Shown: piece after piece, positions 52,801 to 62,822 of the stretch
How positions within the stretch are numbered: position 1 is the stretch's first letter
Layout of the letters: every line of letters starts with the position of its first letter
From: Tubiluchus corallicola
Lineage: Eukaryota > Animalia > Priapulida
DNA: 64,000 nt
Direction: 5' to 3'
NCBI GenBank assembly: GCA_030141605.1
Contig: JAQGDQ010000641.1
Span: forward strand, 20,731 to 84,730
The notes under the pieces: model-generated
Databases searched by the model: none
What the model saw: the letters and a program-made list of their open reading frames with translations, nothing else
What the model was told of the DNA's origin: nothing
Program-made: the position numbers and the translations under genes

Positions 52801-55800
52801 ATCTCGCCAAGAGAGGATGTATATACATGCAAAACATGGCTGTGGTATTTCTGCTGGTTCAGTGGCTCATTCTAGAGGCAAAGCCTTGATAACCAGCCAG
52901 GTTCCAGTACGTACAGCAACAACGTAGGACTCCGCTTGTACCAAGTTGCGTAAAAAGTAGATACACACATAAAAAGACGGGTAGTCAACAACACATGTAT
53001 ACAAACATAGGTGAGTAGATGGTGAATATGTCATTAGGAGCACGTTTACTACTTACTACACAAATTGCTTCTGCCTGATCAGACAGTCAGAAATGTGCAC
53101 TGTTAGATCGTCTTAAATCTCTTACCGAATAGTAAAGTCTCGTTTTTGACAAAGGAAGATTTTAATGTCAAAGGCTGAGCGAAACTAACAATTATTATTA
53201 CAAGGTTAAACGTATATACAATGAGATGAAAATAACAGTTAACACTTCTAAGCTAAACGAGTTTGCGACACGGATTATGACAGGCTAAGACCAGGGATGA
53301 GAATGACAAATTGCAAAGAACTCTGAAACAGGCCGGGGGGTTGGGAGCTGCGTAGGCCCCCATGGGGGTTCAAAGGGGGCGAAGTCCCTTGCAGCCAGCA
53401 ACAAATTGCAATTTTTTGACCATAGAGAGCCTCTAAGTGGACTTCAAATATCAGTTACCTTGTTTCATGCATAATTTAAAATACACAACTATCAAGGATA
53501 CATGATATCTAATTTTCTCAAAAACGCCTAAGTATTGGCCGCTCCTATGCAAAAGTATATAAAAACTGTCTGCAATTGACTCAAATAACTCCGCACAATT
53601 GATTCTATATTTTTATACATAGAGATATACACGTGGTTACACTGATGTACATGATGTAAACAAAGTGACGGCCTGCCAACTAGCGGTCAGCTTGTGAAAT
53701 AATGTACTGGGTCCGTAAAAATTTTCTCAACGAATTTACGCGATTTAGAAAAATGGCACTACTGGTCTTCCAAAAACTCGGAATTCCGCGTATCCGAGGG
53801 AAAATTGTCATCCCTGTAAGACGGACGACTCAACGAACCTTAGATTCCCCCGACTTCCGTTTTTATATCCAAAATAAAGATATGTTACCGAAACGAAAAT
53901 ATCGCGACCTTTTTATCGCTGAATCAAATGACAAACTGCATATTATAAACTATATTAGAGCAGCAAGCCTCCTTACCTTCGAATTCATAATTCCTTGCCT
54001 CGTCTAGCAACTTCTCCCGCATCTCAGTTATAGTCGTTGCTATGACGACGCGTATCTCCTCCTGCTTCTGCGTCGCGATGGCCATCAACGACTGATAGAG
54101 ATCTAGCTCCTTCTGTCTGGCATACTCGATCCGCTTCGGCGTAATCAGCATGTCTCGGGCCATGTCGAAAGCCGTCAAGATGAACATCTTCAGACATCTG
54201 GTGTGGGCCGTCTTGAGGATGGTGGCCGCCTGCACTAGGTGGCTCTGTAGCACCCGATGAACGAAGAAAATCACGCTGCTGTGGAACTGCTCGAAGTTCT
54301 CGACGAACTCGCATTCGACGGCGACGTCGGTGGCGCCGAGGTGCAACTGCAACTGGCCGTCGTTTGGCACCAGACTGAGATATCCTGCCTCGCATAGTTG
54401 TTCGAATAGCCTGAAACAGATCACATTTCAATTCAATTCAAAACGTGCATTTATTTCCATATTCATGATATAACCGAGGCAAGTAAATGTATTTATTTAT
54501 CACAATGGAAATAGGATGGCGAAAGACCAAGAAGGTCAACTGGTCAAGCCATCCTTCAATGGATGTATGTGATTATTGGGATGACACTGTAACTATTTCA
54601 CTCATGAATAGTAGTGAAATTACATTATTACTATTTTACTTAGCAACTTGATCTGTTTAAAATTCACTAATCAACTTTAAATAACTGAAGGATGAAAATG
54701 CAATCAAAAATATCTAAACATACAGGAAAATGATGAAATAGGATGGTGAAAGACCAAGAAGGTCAACTAGTCAAGCCATCCTTCATTGGATGAATGTAAT
54801 ATAAACGTTATGGTTAAGAAAATAATCAGTCTGAAGCTCGATGTAGATAACAGCTGTTGTCGTCATCATTAACATCGCCGTGAGGCACCATTGTATTTAC
54901 AATAATGTAGTAAAGTGGTAAAATGAAGAAACAACAGAAAAATGATTCAGTACGCTAATTGGAGTAAGGAATCTAGGCATTTTTATATATCTAATCTTGA
55001 CACATTAGGAGGACAGATGCTTGACCAGTTGCTCAGCGCCTGGGCCTTCACCCAGTACATGACCAATTAAGGCTGAGTAGACCTAGAAAGGAGGCCAGAG
55101 ATTCCTGTTAGAGTGGAATGTGGCTCGAAAAATGCCGACATTAATGGGATTCGAACCCATAACCCCTGGATCGGCATTACGTTACCCCTGAATCACATTT
55201 ATAAAAAAACATTGGAAAAGAAAATGCTTCAACTAGTTGGAAAGTTTCTGCAACTTTCATACGGAATTATCCCACGTGTAGTTTATTCATTTCTTTATTC
55301 ACTCAATGGAAACCCTTGCACAAGATCGCTCAGCATGGTGGAGTGCCATCACCACAGGGCCTATGATAGCAGAGGCGAAAAGAATTGAGGAGGCAGAGGA
55401 GAAGCGCAGGAGACACTGCCCAACAACAGGTCAAAACATCCAGCCTCACCTGTGCCAAATGCCAAAGAAGTTTCCAGGCCAGAAGTCAGTCACCTTCGAG
55501 CTCATCAAAGGAATGACAAACCCCCAAACTGACCTTTTATCCCTGTCACTATGGTCATCTTCGATGCGAAGGACGAACATCATCAATCAATCAGTTTATT
55601 TATTTACTTGGTATAATTCATTGGAAAATATTTGATTGAAACATTTTTAGTTGTGTAACACATGGCTTCACTCACATACTTTAGAAACGACACTGACGAA
55701 TATACAAGCAATGCATTCGCGTGCTTTTTGAATACGATGCCACCAAGGCAGGGATGAGAATGACAAATTGCAAAAAACTCTGAGACAGGTTGGAGGTTTG

Positions 55801-58800
55801 GGGTCCGCGCAGACCGCCATGGGGGTTCAAGGGGGCGAGCCCCTTGCAGCCAGCAACAAATTGCAATTTTGTGACCATAGAGAGCCTCTAAGTGGACTTA
55901 AAATATCAATTACCTTGTTTCATGCATAATTTAAAATATCCAACTATCAAGGATACATGATACCTAATTATCTCAAAACCGCCTAAGTACTGGCCGCTCC
56001 TATGCAAAAGTATATAAAAACTGTATGCAATTGACTGAAATAACTCCGCACAGTTGATTCTATATTTTTACACATAGAGATAAACAAGTAGTTACACTGA
56101 TGTACGTGATATAAACAAAGTGACGGCCTGCCAACTAGCGGTCAGCTTGTGAAATAATGTACTGGGTCCGTAAAAATTTTCTCAACGAATTTATGCGATT
56201 TACAAAAATGGCACTACTGGTCTTCCAAAAACTCGGAATTCCGCGTATCCGTGGAAAATTCTCATTCATGAATTAGGACAACATACAAGCAATGCATTCG
56301 CATGCTTTTTGAACAAGATGCCACCAAGGGCCATGGCCTCACAGTATCTGTAACCCAGGAGCCCACAAAACCAAAATCCGGCCCTGACGCCACCGGACGA
56401 GCTAGATCAGCATCCCGCAGTTTGTGTTCACGTAAAGTTAAGAATAACGTTAAATTTATAATAAATACTTGGAATTAAGGTGAAACTGTACATAGAGATT
56501 TCACATTTGTTTCAAAAAATTTCTGGTTTAGTCTTTGATGTTTACAAAGACCTAGCGAGGTCGCCGAAAAACGCCGATCAACCCAGATATTACACGGGGA
56601 AAAAAGCACTAAAAACAATAAGCGAAAATTTATATATAAAACAGCAAAATTCAACAACACTCGTCATCATTTGGATCACATCTTCTAATGACGAATTAAC
56701 TCTTGCTTTGCTTCTCATTTTAGTATTGTTAGAACCTCGTCAGACATCATCAACAAAATCACTGACACCGTTGCTACACTCTCCATCATAAAACACTAAA
56801 AATTATTTATCGATAACAACATGCGGACAAAATTTTGCACAAACAATATCGTGCGTTACTTTTTACCATTAGTAGGTGCTGAAAACAAGTTGCTAGGTAC
56901 CAAAAAATTGTACAAAAACGGAAAGACGGTATTTGAAAAGTAATTTTTCGATATCCTATCTACATCAAAAATTAGAATTTTAACAGTAAAACTACAGGCA
57001 CTACTCTAGGTCAGTTTTAATATAAGCAAAGCAGTTAATAAGAATGCAAAATTTTTTGCAACTATCTCATTAATAGATAACTGTGAATCATAATAATTGT
57101 AATTAATGCATTAGAACACGGGTGTGCAAATTGCGGCCCGCGGGCCACTTGCGGCCTGCCGAGAGAATTTGTGCGGCCAGCAAAGAGATTTGTCAACCTG
57201 ATGATAGTGCGGCCCGGGCGATTAATTGAGTGTATCCAGCTGAAGTCCGTGCCACGATCCCAAAGATAGTGCGGGTAGTTTTTTCTACTAGATCAGATGC
57301 CATTAGCCCCTACAAGACGGTTGTAGCTTAATGTCACTGTACTACACAGACTGTGTGATACACATTACTAATATGCATTGTAATGAAATTACCACTATCT
57401 GTCCTGAAAGTAGAAATATATATGGTTTGTAATATAAATTTTAATAACTTCTAAAATAGTTTCTTGAGTGTAGTAGTAATGATGTACGCAGGTCGGATGC
57501 AAAAAATTGTTATTAGGCCTTTCTGTACTTTGCTCCTTGATCAAACTGCCTGTGGCCCGCAGGAATTGTGGGAAAGTTTAATGTGGCCTGCCTAGTCAGA
57601 TAATTTGCACACCCCTGCATTAGAATGAAGAAATAAACGTAAATAAACACAAACAAATAAAAATCAGCAAATAAGTAAGCAAAATTCTAAACAAAGCTGT
57701 TCGGAAACAGTTGACTACGGCTACACCGGTGAAGAAGCAAGCGCTACACAGCCTTGTGCGAAAACTCAAAAACCAGAAAGCCAAAAAAAATCAAGATGAG
57801 TTGTGCATGCAGCAGCGAGAATCAAACCTTGATTTGTGCCGATGGCTGGCCTTTCGGTGGGCGGTCGTAAATGATGGTTTGGACTTATTCCGAGGTTTAG
57901 CGTCAGATTTTGAAGGCGACCGACGCCTCTGACAGTGTGAGCAGAGCTGATGCGGGCTTAACCTACAGCAGATTAAACATACATTTAGCTAATAGGTAAA
58001 CACAGTCGCAGGTTATCACACATAATTATTTGCACAACTGAGACAGAAGTTCATACACCTCACTGTCGCATATGTATAAAGGGTCTTGCACGCGTTCAGC
58101 GGCATCATGATAGCCCAACGGCCAAATAATTGCAGGAGCCACTGAAAAATTGCGAACCAACCAGAATTTCAAACCAGAAACTTGTGCTTTGATGGCTGAG
58201 CTACTGGGACAACTTACCAGAGTTAGACTGAATTCTCATCATAACCGTTCACAATCAATAAGATCCAGATGTCTGATACAGATGTACATATTGAATGCTT
58301 TTAACAGTCGGAGCCTTTCTGTAGGGCATCCGATACAAACATTAAGAGACCTGTCATACTTACAACAAACAGCAAAATAGCCAATTAGCTGAAGAAGGAG
58401 GCACTGAAAAATTTCGACCAAATTAGGACTTGAACCTGGTAGCTTGTGCAGCGGTTCACAAACACAGGGTTCCCACGGAATTTTAAAATAAATTTCCCTG
58501 ACTTTTCCACGACCAAGATAAGCAGAAATTGCTTTAAAGGTATACATATTCAAACATTTTTGTGTACGGACATTCATACATATACTGATATATAATGTGT
58601 CAGCCAATCATTATTTTTGGAACAGAAATTGAAACTGGGAGCCTGTCGTAGCAAAATTTTATTTGAACACGAATCGCTGAAAAATATGTTTGGAAAAATA
58701 ACGGCTCGCGGAGATTATTTTTGCACCCTATTTTCATCATTTTCCCTGACTTTTTACCAAATTATCTTTTTCCCTGACCTTTCCATGACTTTCCAGGATA

Positions 58801-59702
58801 GCCTGTATTTTCAAGGATTTTCCCTGACCGTGTGAACCCCTATCCGTGGAAAATTCTCGTCCCTGGAAGCGGCCATGCCATTTGAGAAAACAAACAAGAG
58901 ATACAGAACGAAGCTGCTTGACGGAAAAGAACTCCAAAATGGAGTGGAAATGATGCACAGCATCCTTGCGGATAATTAAAATCTAGTAATTCGTTTGTTA
59001 GAGCTTAATTAGAACGGCATTACCGACAGAACAGCGGTCATGATTTCGTTGTTCATTTGAGGCTGAGGTTATCCCACGCTGAAACCAAAATTGACCAACA
59101 GCGGTCAGTTGCAACCAGAACCAGAGGAAAGCCATAATAGAAGGAAAACATCCAAAGAATAGGGGTGAGCATCGAACGCTCGAATTCGATTCGAACGAGT
59201 TTTTTTAGTTCGAACTCGATTCGAATGCAATACTATAGATTCAGCACTTCAATCACACATGTTCCTGATCACTAAAACGATTGAAACATCATGCAATTAC
59301 GTTCAATCTCAATTCGAATTCGGTTCGAATTCGAAACACTGAAGTTCGGTTCGATTCGAATTCGACAGTCACAAATTCGGTTCGATTCGAATTCGCTTTC
59401 TGGTAGAGAATGCTCACCCCTACCAAAGAAATGAAAGAACGCAAGTTTGCAGAGGCTAATAATTGCTAAACGCTCATGCAACTGCTCAACGGATTTCAAC
59501 AAAATACGGTTTACCTTAAAGACGTCTTTACAGACTTCTGATGATGCTGACGGCGGCCGGTCCTAAACCGCGGCATGCGCATCGACTGAGACTGAGACGA
59601 CATGTGCTGGTCAGATTCCGTCAAGTCCGAAGGACCGCTGCACACGAACAAGATCGGCAGTCCGGGTGCTACGTGCTGGAGATCCCTCAATTGTTCAAGA
59701 TC
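40655..59702 (-). CDS. DSTYK: Dual serine/threonine and tyrosine protein kinase (Dusty/RIPK5), 3' part; 12 exons; upstream exons not found in window
   Basis: 2214 nt = 737 aa + TGA with consistent phases. Kinase motifs [69 protein letters not shown] and [11 protein letters not shown], plus the upstream [22 protein letters not shown], are characteristic of DSTYK. Confidence 0.95.
41432..41681 (-). CDS. DSTYK: DSTYK exon ([16 protein letters not shown]...WSVVRK)
   Basis: 250 nt, GTTTCAG / G|GTAACG. Confidence 0.95.
41900..42206. repeat. Minisatellite, 26-27-bp unit, ~11 copies
   Basis: AAATTAAGTCTAATTTTCTTGCAAAC. Confidence 0.9.
42240..42486 (-). CDS. DSTYK: DSTYK exon (SLPEHERIV...[10 protein letters not shown])
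   Basis: 247 nt, TTTCCAG / CTA|GTGAGT. Confidence 0.94.
42623..43077. mobile_element. hAT MITE family A, left TIR missing
   Basis: Internal sequence matches 27826-28326; right TIR followed by GTCTAGAC. Confidence 0.8.
43344..43500 (-). CDS. DSTYK: DSTYK exon, kinase G-loop ([13 protein letters not shown]...LEFFYSR)
   Basis: 157 nt, TTTTGCAG / CG|GTATTT. Confidence 0.93.
44492..46170. repeat. Minisatellite, 28-bp unit, ~60 copies
   Basis: CAGACAGTGTAGCAAGTGAACAGTGAAC. Confidence 0.95.
46322..46428 (-). CDS. DSTYK: DSTYK exon ([35 protein letters not shown])
   Basis: 107 nt, GTTTAG / G|GTAAGT. Confidence 0.92.
47803..48382. repeat. Minisatellite, 39-bp unit, ~15 copies, includes a DSTYK splice donor
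   Basis: CTACTACCACTGTAACATACCTTCCAGGAAATAACTCAA. Confidence 0.95.
48381..48580 (-). CDS. DSTYK: DSTYK exon ([11 protein letters not shown]...LEMRHSGR)
   Basis: 200 nt, CTACAG / AG|GTATGT. Confidence 0.92.
48724..48807 (-). CDS. DSTYK: DSTYK exon ([12 protein letters not shown]...LERIKQ)
   Basis: 84 nt, TTTTTCAG / CAG|GTAAAA. Confidence 0.92.
48847..49221 (-). mobile_element. Internally deleted pogo-family transposon retaining the transposase C-terminus
   Basis: TA|CCGTATTTTCCCATGTATAAGAGACCC...GGGTCTCTTATACATGGGAAAATACGG|TA; encodes [21 protein letters not shown] plus an acidic tail typical of pogo transposases. Confidence 0.88.
49243..49375. mobile_element. Family A terminal fragment
   Basis: Matches the right part of 27826-28326 including the TIR. 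Confidence 0.75.
49429..49514 (-). CDS. DSTYK: DSTYK exon ([11 protein letters not shown]...GALQQ)
   Basis: 86 nt, TTTCTCAAG / CAG|GTAGAA. Confidence 0.88.
49838..50165. mobile_element. Family D MITE (reverse orientation)
   Basis: Reverse complement of 3050-3385, TA flanks. Confidence 0.85.
51036..51578. mobile_element. Kolobok-like non-autonomous element (family F)
   Basis: TTAG|AGGAAAGACC...GGTTTTCCT|TTAA; purine-purine termini with a TTAA-like target. Confidence 0.7.
51627..52522. repeat. Minisatellite, 77-bp unit, ~11.5 copies, includes a DSTYK exon end and donor
   Basis: CATCTAGTCACCTATCTAGTCACCTACCCGTATAACTCTCTCTCACAGCATTTACATAGTTGCAACGAAACAAGTGA. Confidence 0.95.
52505..52657 (-). 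CDS. DSTYK: DSTYK exon (VAVAENGE...[10 protein letters not shown])
   Basis: 153 nt, CCCGCAG / G|GTAGGT. Confidence 0.92.
53292..53816. mobile_element. MITE family B (TSD TAAGAC)
   Basis: TAAGAC|CAGGGATGAGAAT...ATTGTCATCCCTG|TAAGAC. Confidence 0.85.
53977..54410 (-). CDS. DSTYK: DSTYK exon ([11 protein letters not shown]...RNYEFE)
   Basis: 434 nt, TTTCAG / G|GTAAGG. Confidence 0.93.
54426..54584 (-). mobile_element. Second copy of the short retroposon, next to a DSTYK acceptor
   Basis: Near-identical to 28975-29136. Confidence 0.65.
55010..55180 (-). mobile_element. Probable tRNA-derived SINE fragment
   Basis: B-box GGTTCGAATCCC on the minus strand followed by GGTCTACTCAGCCTT; no full cloverleaf. 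Confidence 0.45.
55300..55595 (+). mobile_element. RTE-clade LINE 3' remnant
   Basis: [11 protein letters not shown]...EEKRRR followed by a short UTR and (ATCA)n tail. Confidence 0.7.
55749..56270. mobile_element. MITE family B, damaged right TIR
   Basis: Same internal sequence; right end reads CTCATTCATG; flanked by a 47-bp duplication. Confidence 0.8.
57117..57617. mobile_element. hAT MITE family A, TSD CATTAGAA
   Basis: TIRs and perfect 8-bp TSD. Confidence 0.9.
57828..57962 (-). CDS. DSTYK: DSTYK exon ([15 protein letters not shown]...HRHKSR), phase 2-2
   Basis: CTGTAG acceptor, AG|GTTTGA donor, 135 nt open; poorly conserved sequence. Confidence 0.55.
58465..58841. mobile_element. hAT-like MITE (CAGGGTTCCCACGG terminus, TTCCCTGAC subterminal repeats)
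   Basis: Imperfect TIR CCGTGTGAACCC; no TSD seen. Confidence 0.6.
59160..59422. mobile_element. hAT MITE with TTCGAA-rich subterminal repeats, TSD CCAAAGAA
   Basis: TAGGGGTGAGCAT / ATGCTCACCCCTA with 8-bp TSD; related inverted copy at ~34075-34431. Confidence 0.85.
59515..59702 (-). CDS. DSTYK: DSTYK exon ([20 protein letters not shown]...KTSLR)
   Basis: TTTTAG acceptor, AG|GTAAAC donor, 188 nt open, GC-rich like the other exons. Confidence 0.75.
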
Positions 59703-60271
59703 CTAAAAGTAAAAAATTAAAACAAAAAGTAAATTGGGTTTGTTTTGAAGTGTTTGTGTTTTGTTAGTGTTTGTTTTGAAGTATGATACCACACACGATG
59801 GTCAATAAGATGCTACTTAAATTACGAAAATGAAAAAAAGCCCAAAGAGGGGGGGGTGTAGCCGGTACGCTGCTCCCTGGCCCATGAAGTCCCGGGACCC
59901 ATAAATATTACAGTTTGTACGTCGGCATGACCAGTATTCGTGTCGATCCGAATGCATTTTTAATAGTTGCGTTCTGCTGTGATTAGCGTCTTTTTGTATA
60001 CTGTCTTTCTGAGAAGGGTGGTTGATTCGATAACCTTTGGTTTTTCACCACCCTTTCTCCCATGTTCGTTTGTATTTTTGTATATTTTATTGTAAAATTA
60101 TTGTAAATTTATGGAGAAAAATAAAAAAAAATTACTCTTACCTTAGCAAATCTCAAGGTTAAGTTAACCTTCTCTATTTGACAAATTCATAATGTCCACA
60201 GAACATCCAACAGTACATAAATTTACACTTTTCTGAATCATTTACGTTTACAACACCCTGATTAGGGTTAA

Positions 60272-60726
60272 CACTTTCATACCCGTTGTATCCCGTGGGA
60301 TACAAAAATATTTTTTGCCTTTAAAAATAGTAAAATTTTAAAACTGACAGTTATTTGGTCTGTTAATAGTTATTTTGATTTAAGCCAATAACAATAGACT
60401 AAAAATAGTGATAAAATGGCAAACTAGAAAAACTACGTAGCATAAAGAACTGCGCAAGGTACAGTACTTTAGAGACGACTTTGTACAGATCAGCATAGCA
60501 TGCATACTAAATGTCTCAAATACTTTAAAAAATTATCAGCAGTTGCAAAATGAAGCATATTTTATGCTTCCATTGAATCCCAATGTATCCCGTGGGATAC
60601 AGGCTATATTTAGCATGCGGGCACAGGTAGAAAAAATAATTATGTGTAAACAAGATAGACATACTGAACAAAAGTACCAGGCCAGAAAATTTTTTCTTAT
60701 TACGAAATAATTTGGGACTTAAAGGG
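60272..60726. mobile_element. piggyBac-like MITE
   Basis: TTAA|CACTTTCA...TTAAAGGG|TTAA; inverted copy at 62823-63262. Confidence 0.8.
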
Positions 60727-60987
60727 TTAAATGGCTGTTGACACTGCCAGAAATTGGTGTATGAAACAGGTCCACATGTGTAAACCTAATCTGTTAGCTA
60801 CGCAAGTTTGCCGACATGTTTGTTCAAGGATTTGCTATGATTGTTGAAGCTTGTTCTGCCAATATGTAAATATATTCCCCATACAGTAACCTTTATCATG
60901 TAGAATCTAGACCACAAATATTACAGTGGTAGGTATTAAAGAATGTGCACCCAATCAGTAACACACTAGGCATTATATAGAGTACAC

Positions 60988-61327
60988 TCATCATACGCCC
61001 GTCACATCTATTGTAGACATTGGGCAGGCAGAATTCTAAAATAAAAGAAATCTGCCTTCAGACAGGTAAACGCAGCAGTAATCCAGCAAAAAACTAGACA
61101 CTGCTACGCCAGTGGCTTGTCAGCACCACTTCCGTTTTACAATCTTCAACAATTCATTGTCATCATCATCATCATCATCATCATCATACGCCCGTCACAT
61201 CTATTGTAGACATTGGGCAGGCAGAATTCTAAAATAAAAGAAATCTGCCTTCAGACAGGTAAACGCATCAGTAATCCAGCAAAAAAACTAGACACTGCTA
61301 CGCCAGTGGCCTGTCAGCACCACTTCC
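60988..61327 (-). mobile_element. Two tandem copies of a probable RTE-like LINE 3' end with (GAT)n tail
   Basis: About 140-bp direct duplication; (TCA)n on the plus strand; HWRSSV-like terminal motif. Confidence 0.5.
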
Positions 61328-61966
61328 GAAGAGTACACTGTACAAAAGCAAACCCTACTACGTATATAAACAAAAACAGTACTAGACAACATTTGTGTAA
61401 TTTAGAATTGGTCTGTATAATTAAATCTGCTTGTTAAATATTAATGGCTGTCCGTGTTCATATAAAACTTGGAATGTTCAGCTCCTGAGTTTTTTAAATC
61501 CTTGGTATATTTGCAATTCAATTCAATAGATTTATTTCACAATAAACATATACATATGCATTACGTGTGCATCGATAATCAGTTTTTATTAAAGCAAAAT
61601 TATGATACAATTCATGAATTCTGTGCTAGAGACCTAAGAAGCTAGCTTATGGTAGTCCGCTAGAATTAGTAATGAGAAAAATTTTACAATATATTGCTAA
61701 TGGTTAGTGTGAGTTACAGTGGGCGTTAGTAGTGTTAATTTTCATAATTACGATGTAAACTGATGGTCGGTACAGAGAAATGATAAATGCTTTAACACAT
61801 TAGCTAAGCATTTGTGGAGGAGGCAACACTTGTTTAGACTATATGGAGGTGCGCATTGCATATATACGGAAGGGAAGTAATAATTTAAATATTATTGCTT
61901 TACTCAAAAATGTATTAATGACATGTATAAACAACTTTTTTCTCATACTTAATAATGATTATATTT

Positions 61967-62366
61967 AACATATCTCTTGACTGATACATGATGCAGTGAT
62001 ATTGTAAACATATGTCTTGACTGATACATGATGCAGTGATATTGTAAACATATGTCTTGACTGATACATGATGCAGTGATATTGTAAACATATGTCTTGA
62101 CTGATACATGATGCAGTGATATTGTAAACATGTGTTTTGACTGATACATGATGCAGTGATATTGTAAACATATGTTTTGACTGATACATGATGCAGTGAT
62201 ATTGTAAACATATGTCTTGACTGATACATGATGCAGTGATATTGTAAACATATGTCTTGACTGATACATGATGCAGTGATATTGTAAACATATGTTTTGA
62301 CTAATACATGATGCAGTGATATTGTAAACATATGTCTTGACTGACACATGATGCAAGGATATTGTA
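61967..62366. repeat. Minisatellite, 40-bp unit, ~10 copies
   Basis: CTGATACATGATGCAGTGATATTGTAAACATATGTCTTGA. Confidence 0.95.
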
Positions 62367-62452
62367 GTCCATCAAATAAATGTCGTATGTCAAATTTAAA
62401 CCTGCATTTCATTTATAAAAAACTATCTCTGAAATCAGTGTTGGCATCCCGC

Positions 62453-62495
62453 AAGCCTACAGCACCTGGTATTCGTAGGCGGTCACCCATCCAAG
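62453..62495 (-). pseudogene. 5S rRNA 3' fragment (pseudogene or SINE3-type piece)
   Basis: Minus strand reads CTTGGATGGGTGACCGCCTACGAATACCAGGTGCTGTAGGCTT, matching the conserved 3' third of animal 5S rRNA; the 5' part is absent. Confidence 0.8.
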
Positions 62496-62822
62496 CATCC
62501 AATGTCACAACTTACACGTATATTAATGCAAGCGCTGAAGAACAAGTTGTGGACTACAATACTGCAGACTTTGCGGAAAACTCCACATGTATGGAGCTGC
62601 CATAATCTGATCCATAACAAGTTCGGCAATGGACGGAATTAACCCCCTTTCAAGACGTGTCGAAAGATTTTCTAATAATTATTTCCTGATTGGTGCATCA
62701 AGGTCGAAAAACCAGAATGAAGTAACAGCAGCTAATCAAACACCGCAGATAATTCAATATCAGACGTTTGAAATGAACAGAATGCAACTAAAAAGCAAAA
62801 GTTGTAAGGTAATAAACGTTAA

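Noticed and set aside
55135-55180. tRNA gene
   Set aside because: Only a B-box is present, with no cloverleaf; treated as a SINE remnant.
62516-62790. Possible further DSTYK exon (GTAAG donor at 62515)
   Set aside because: All frames hit stops or lack resemblance to the expected upstream DSTYK sequence.
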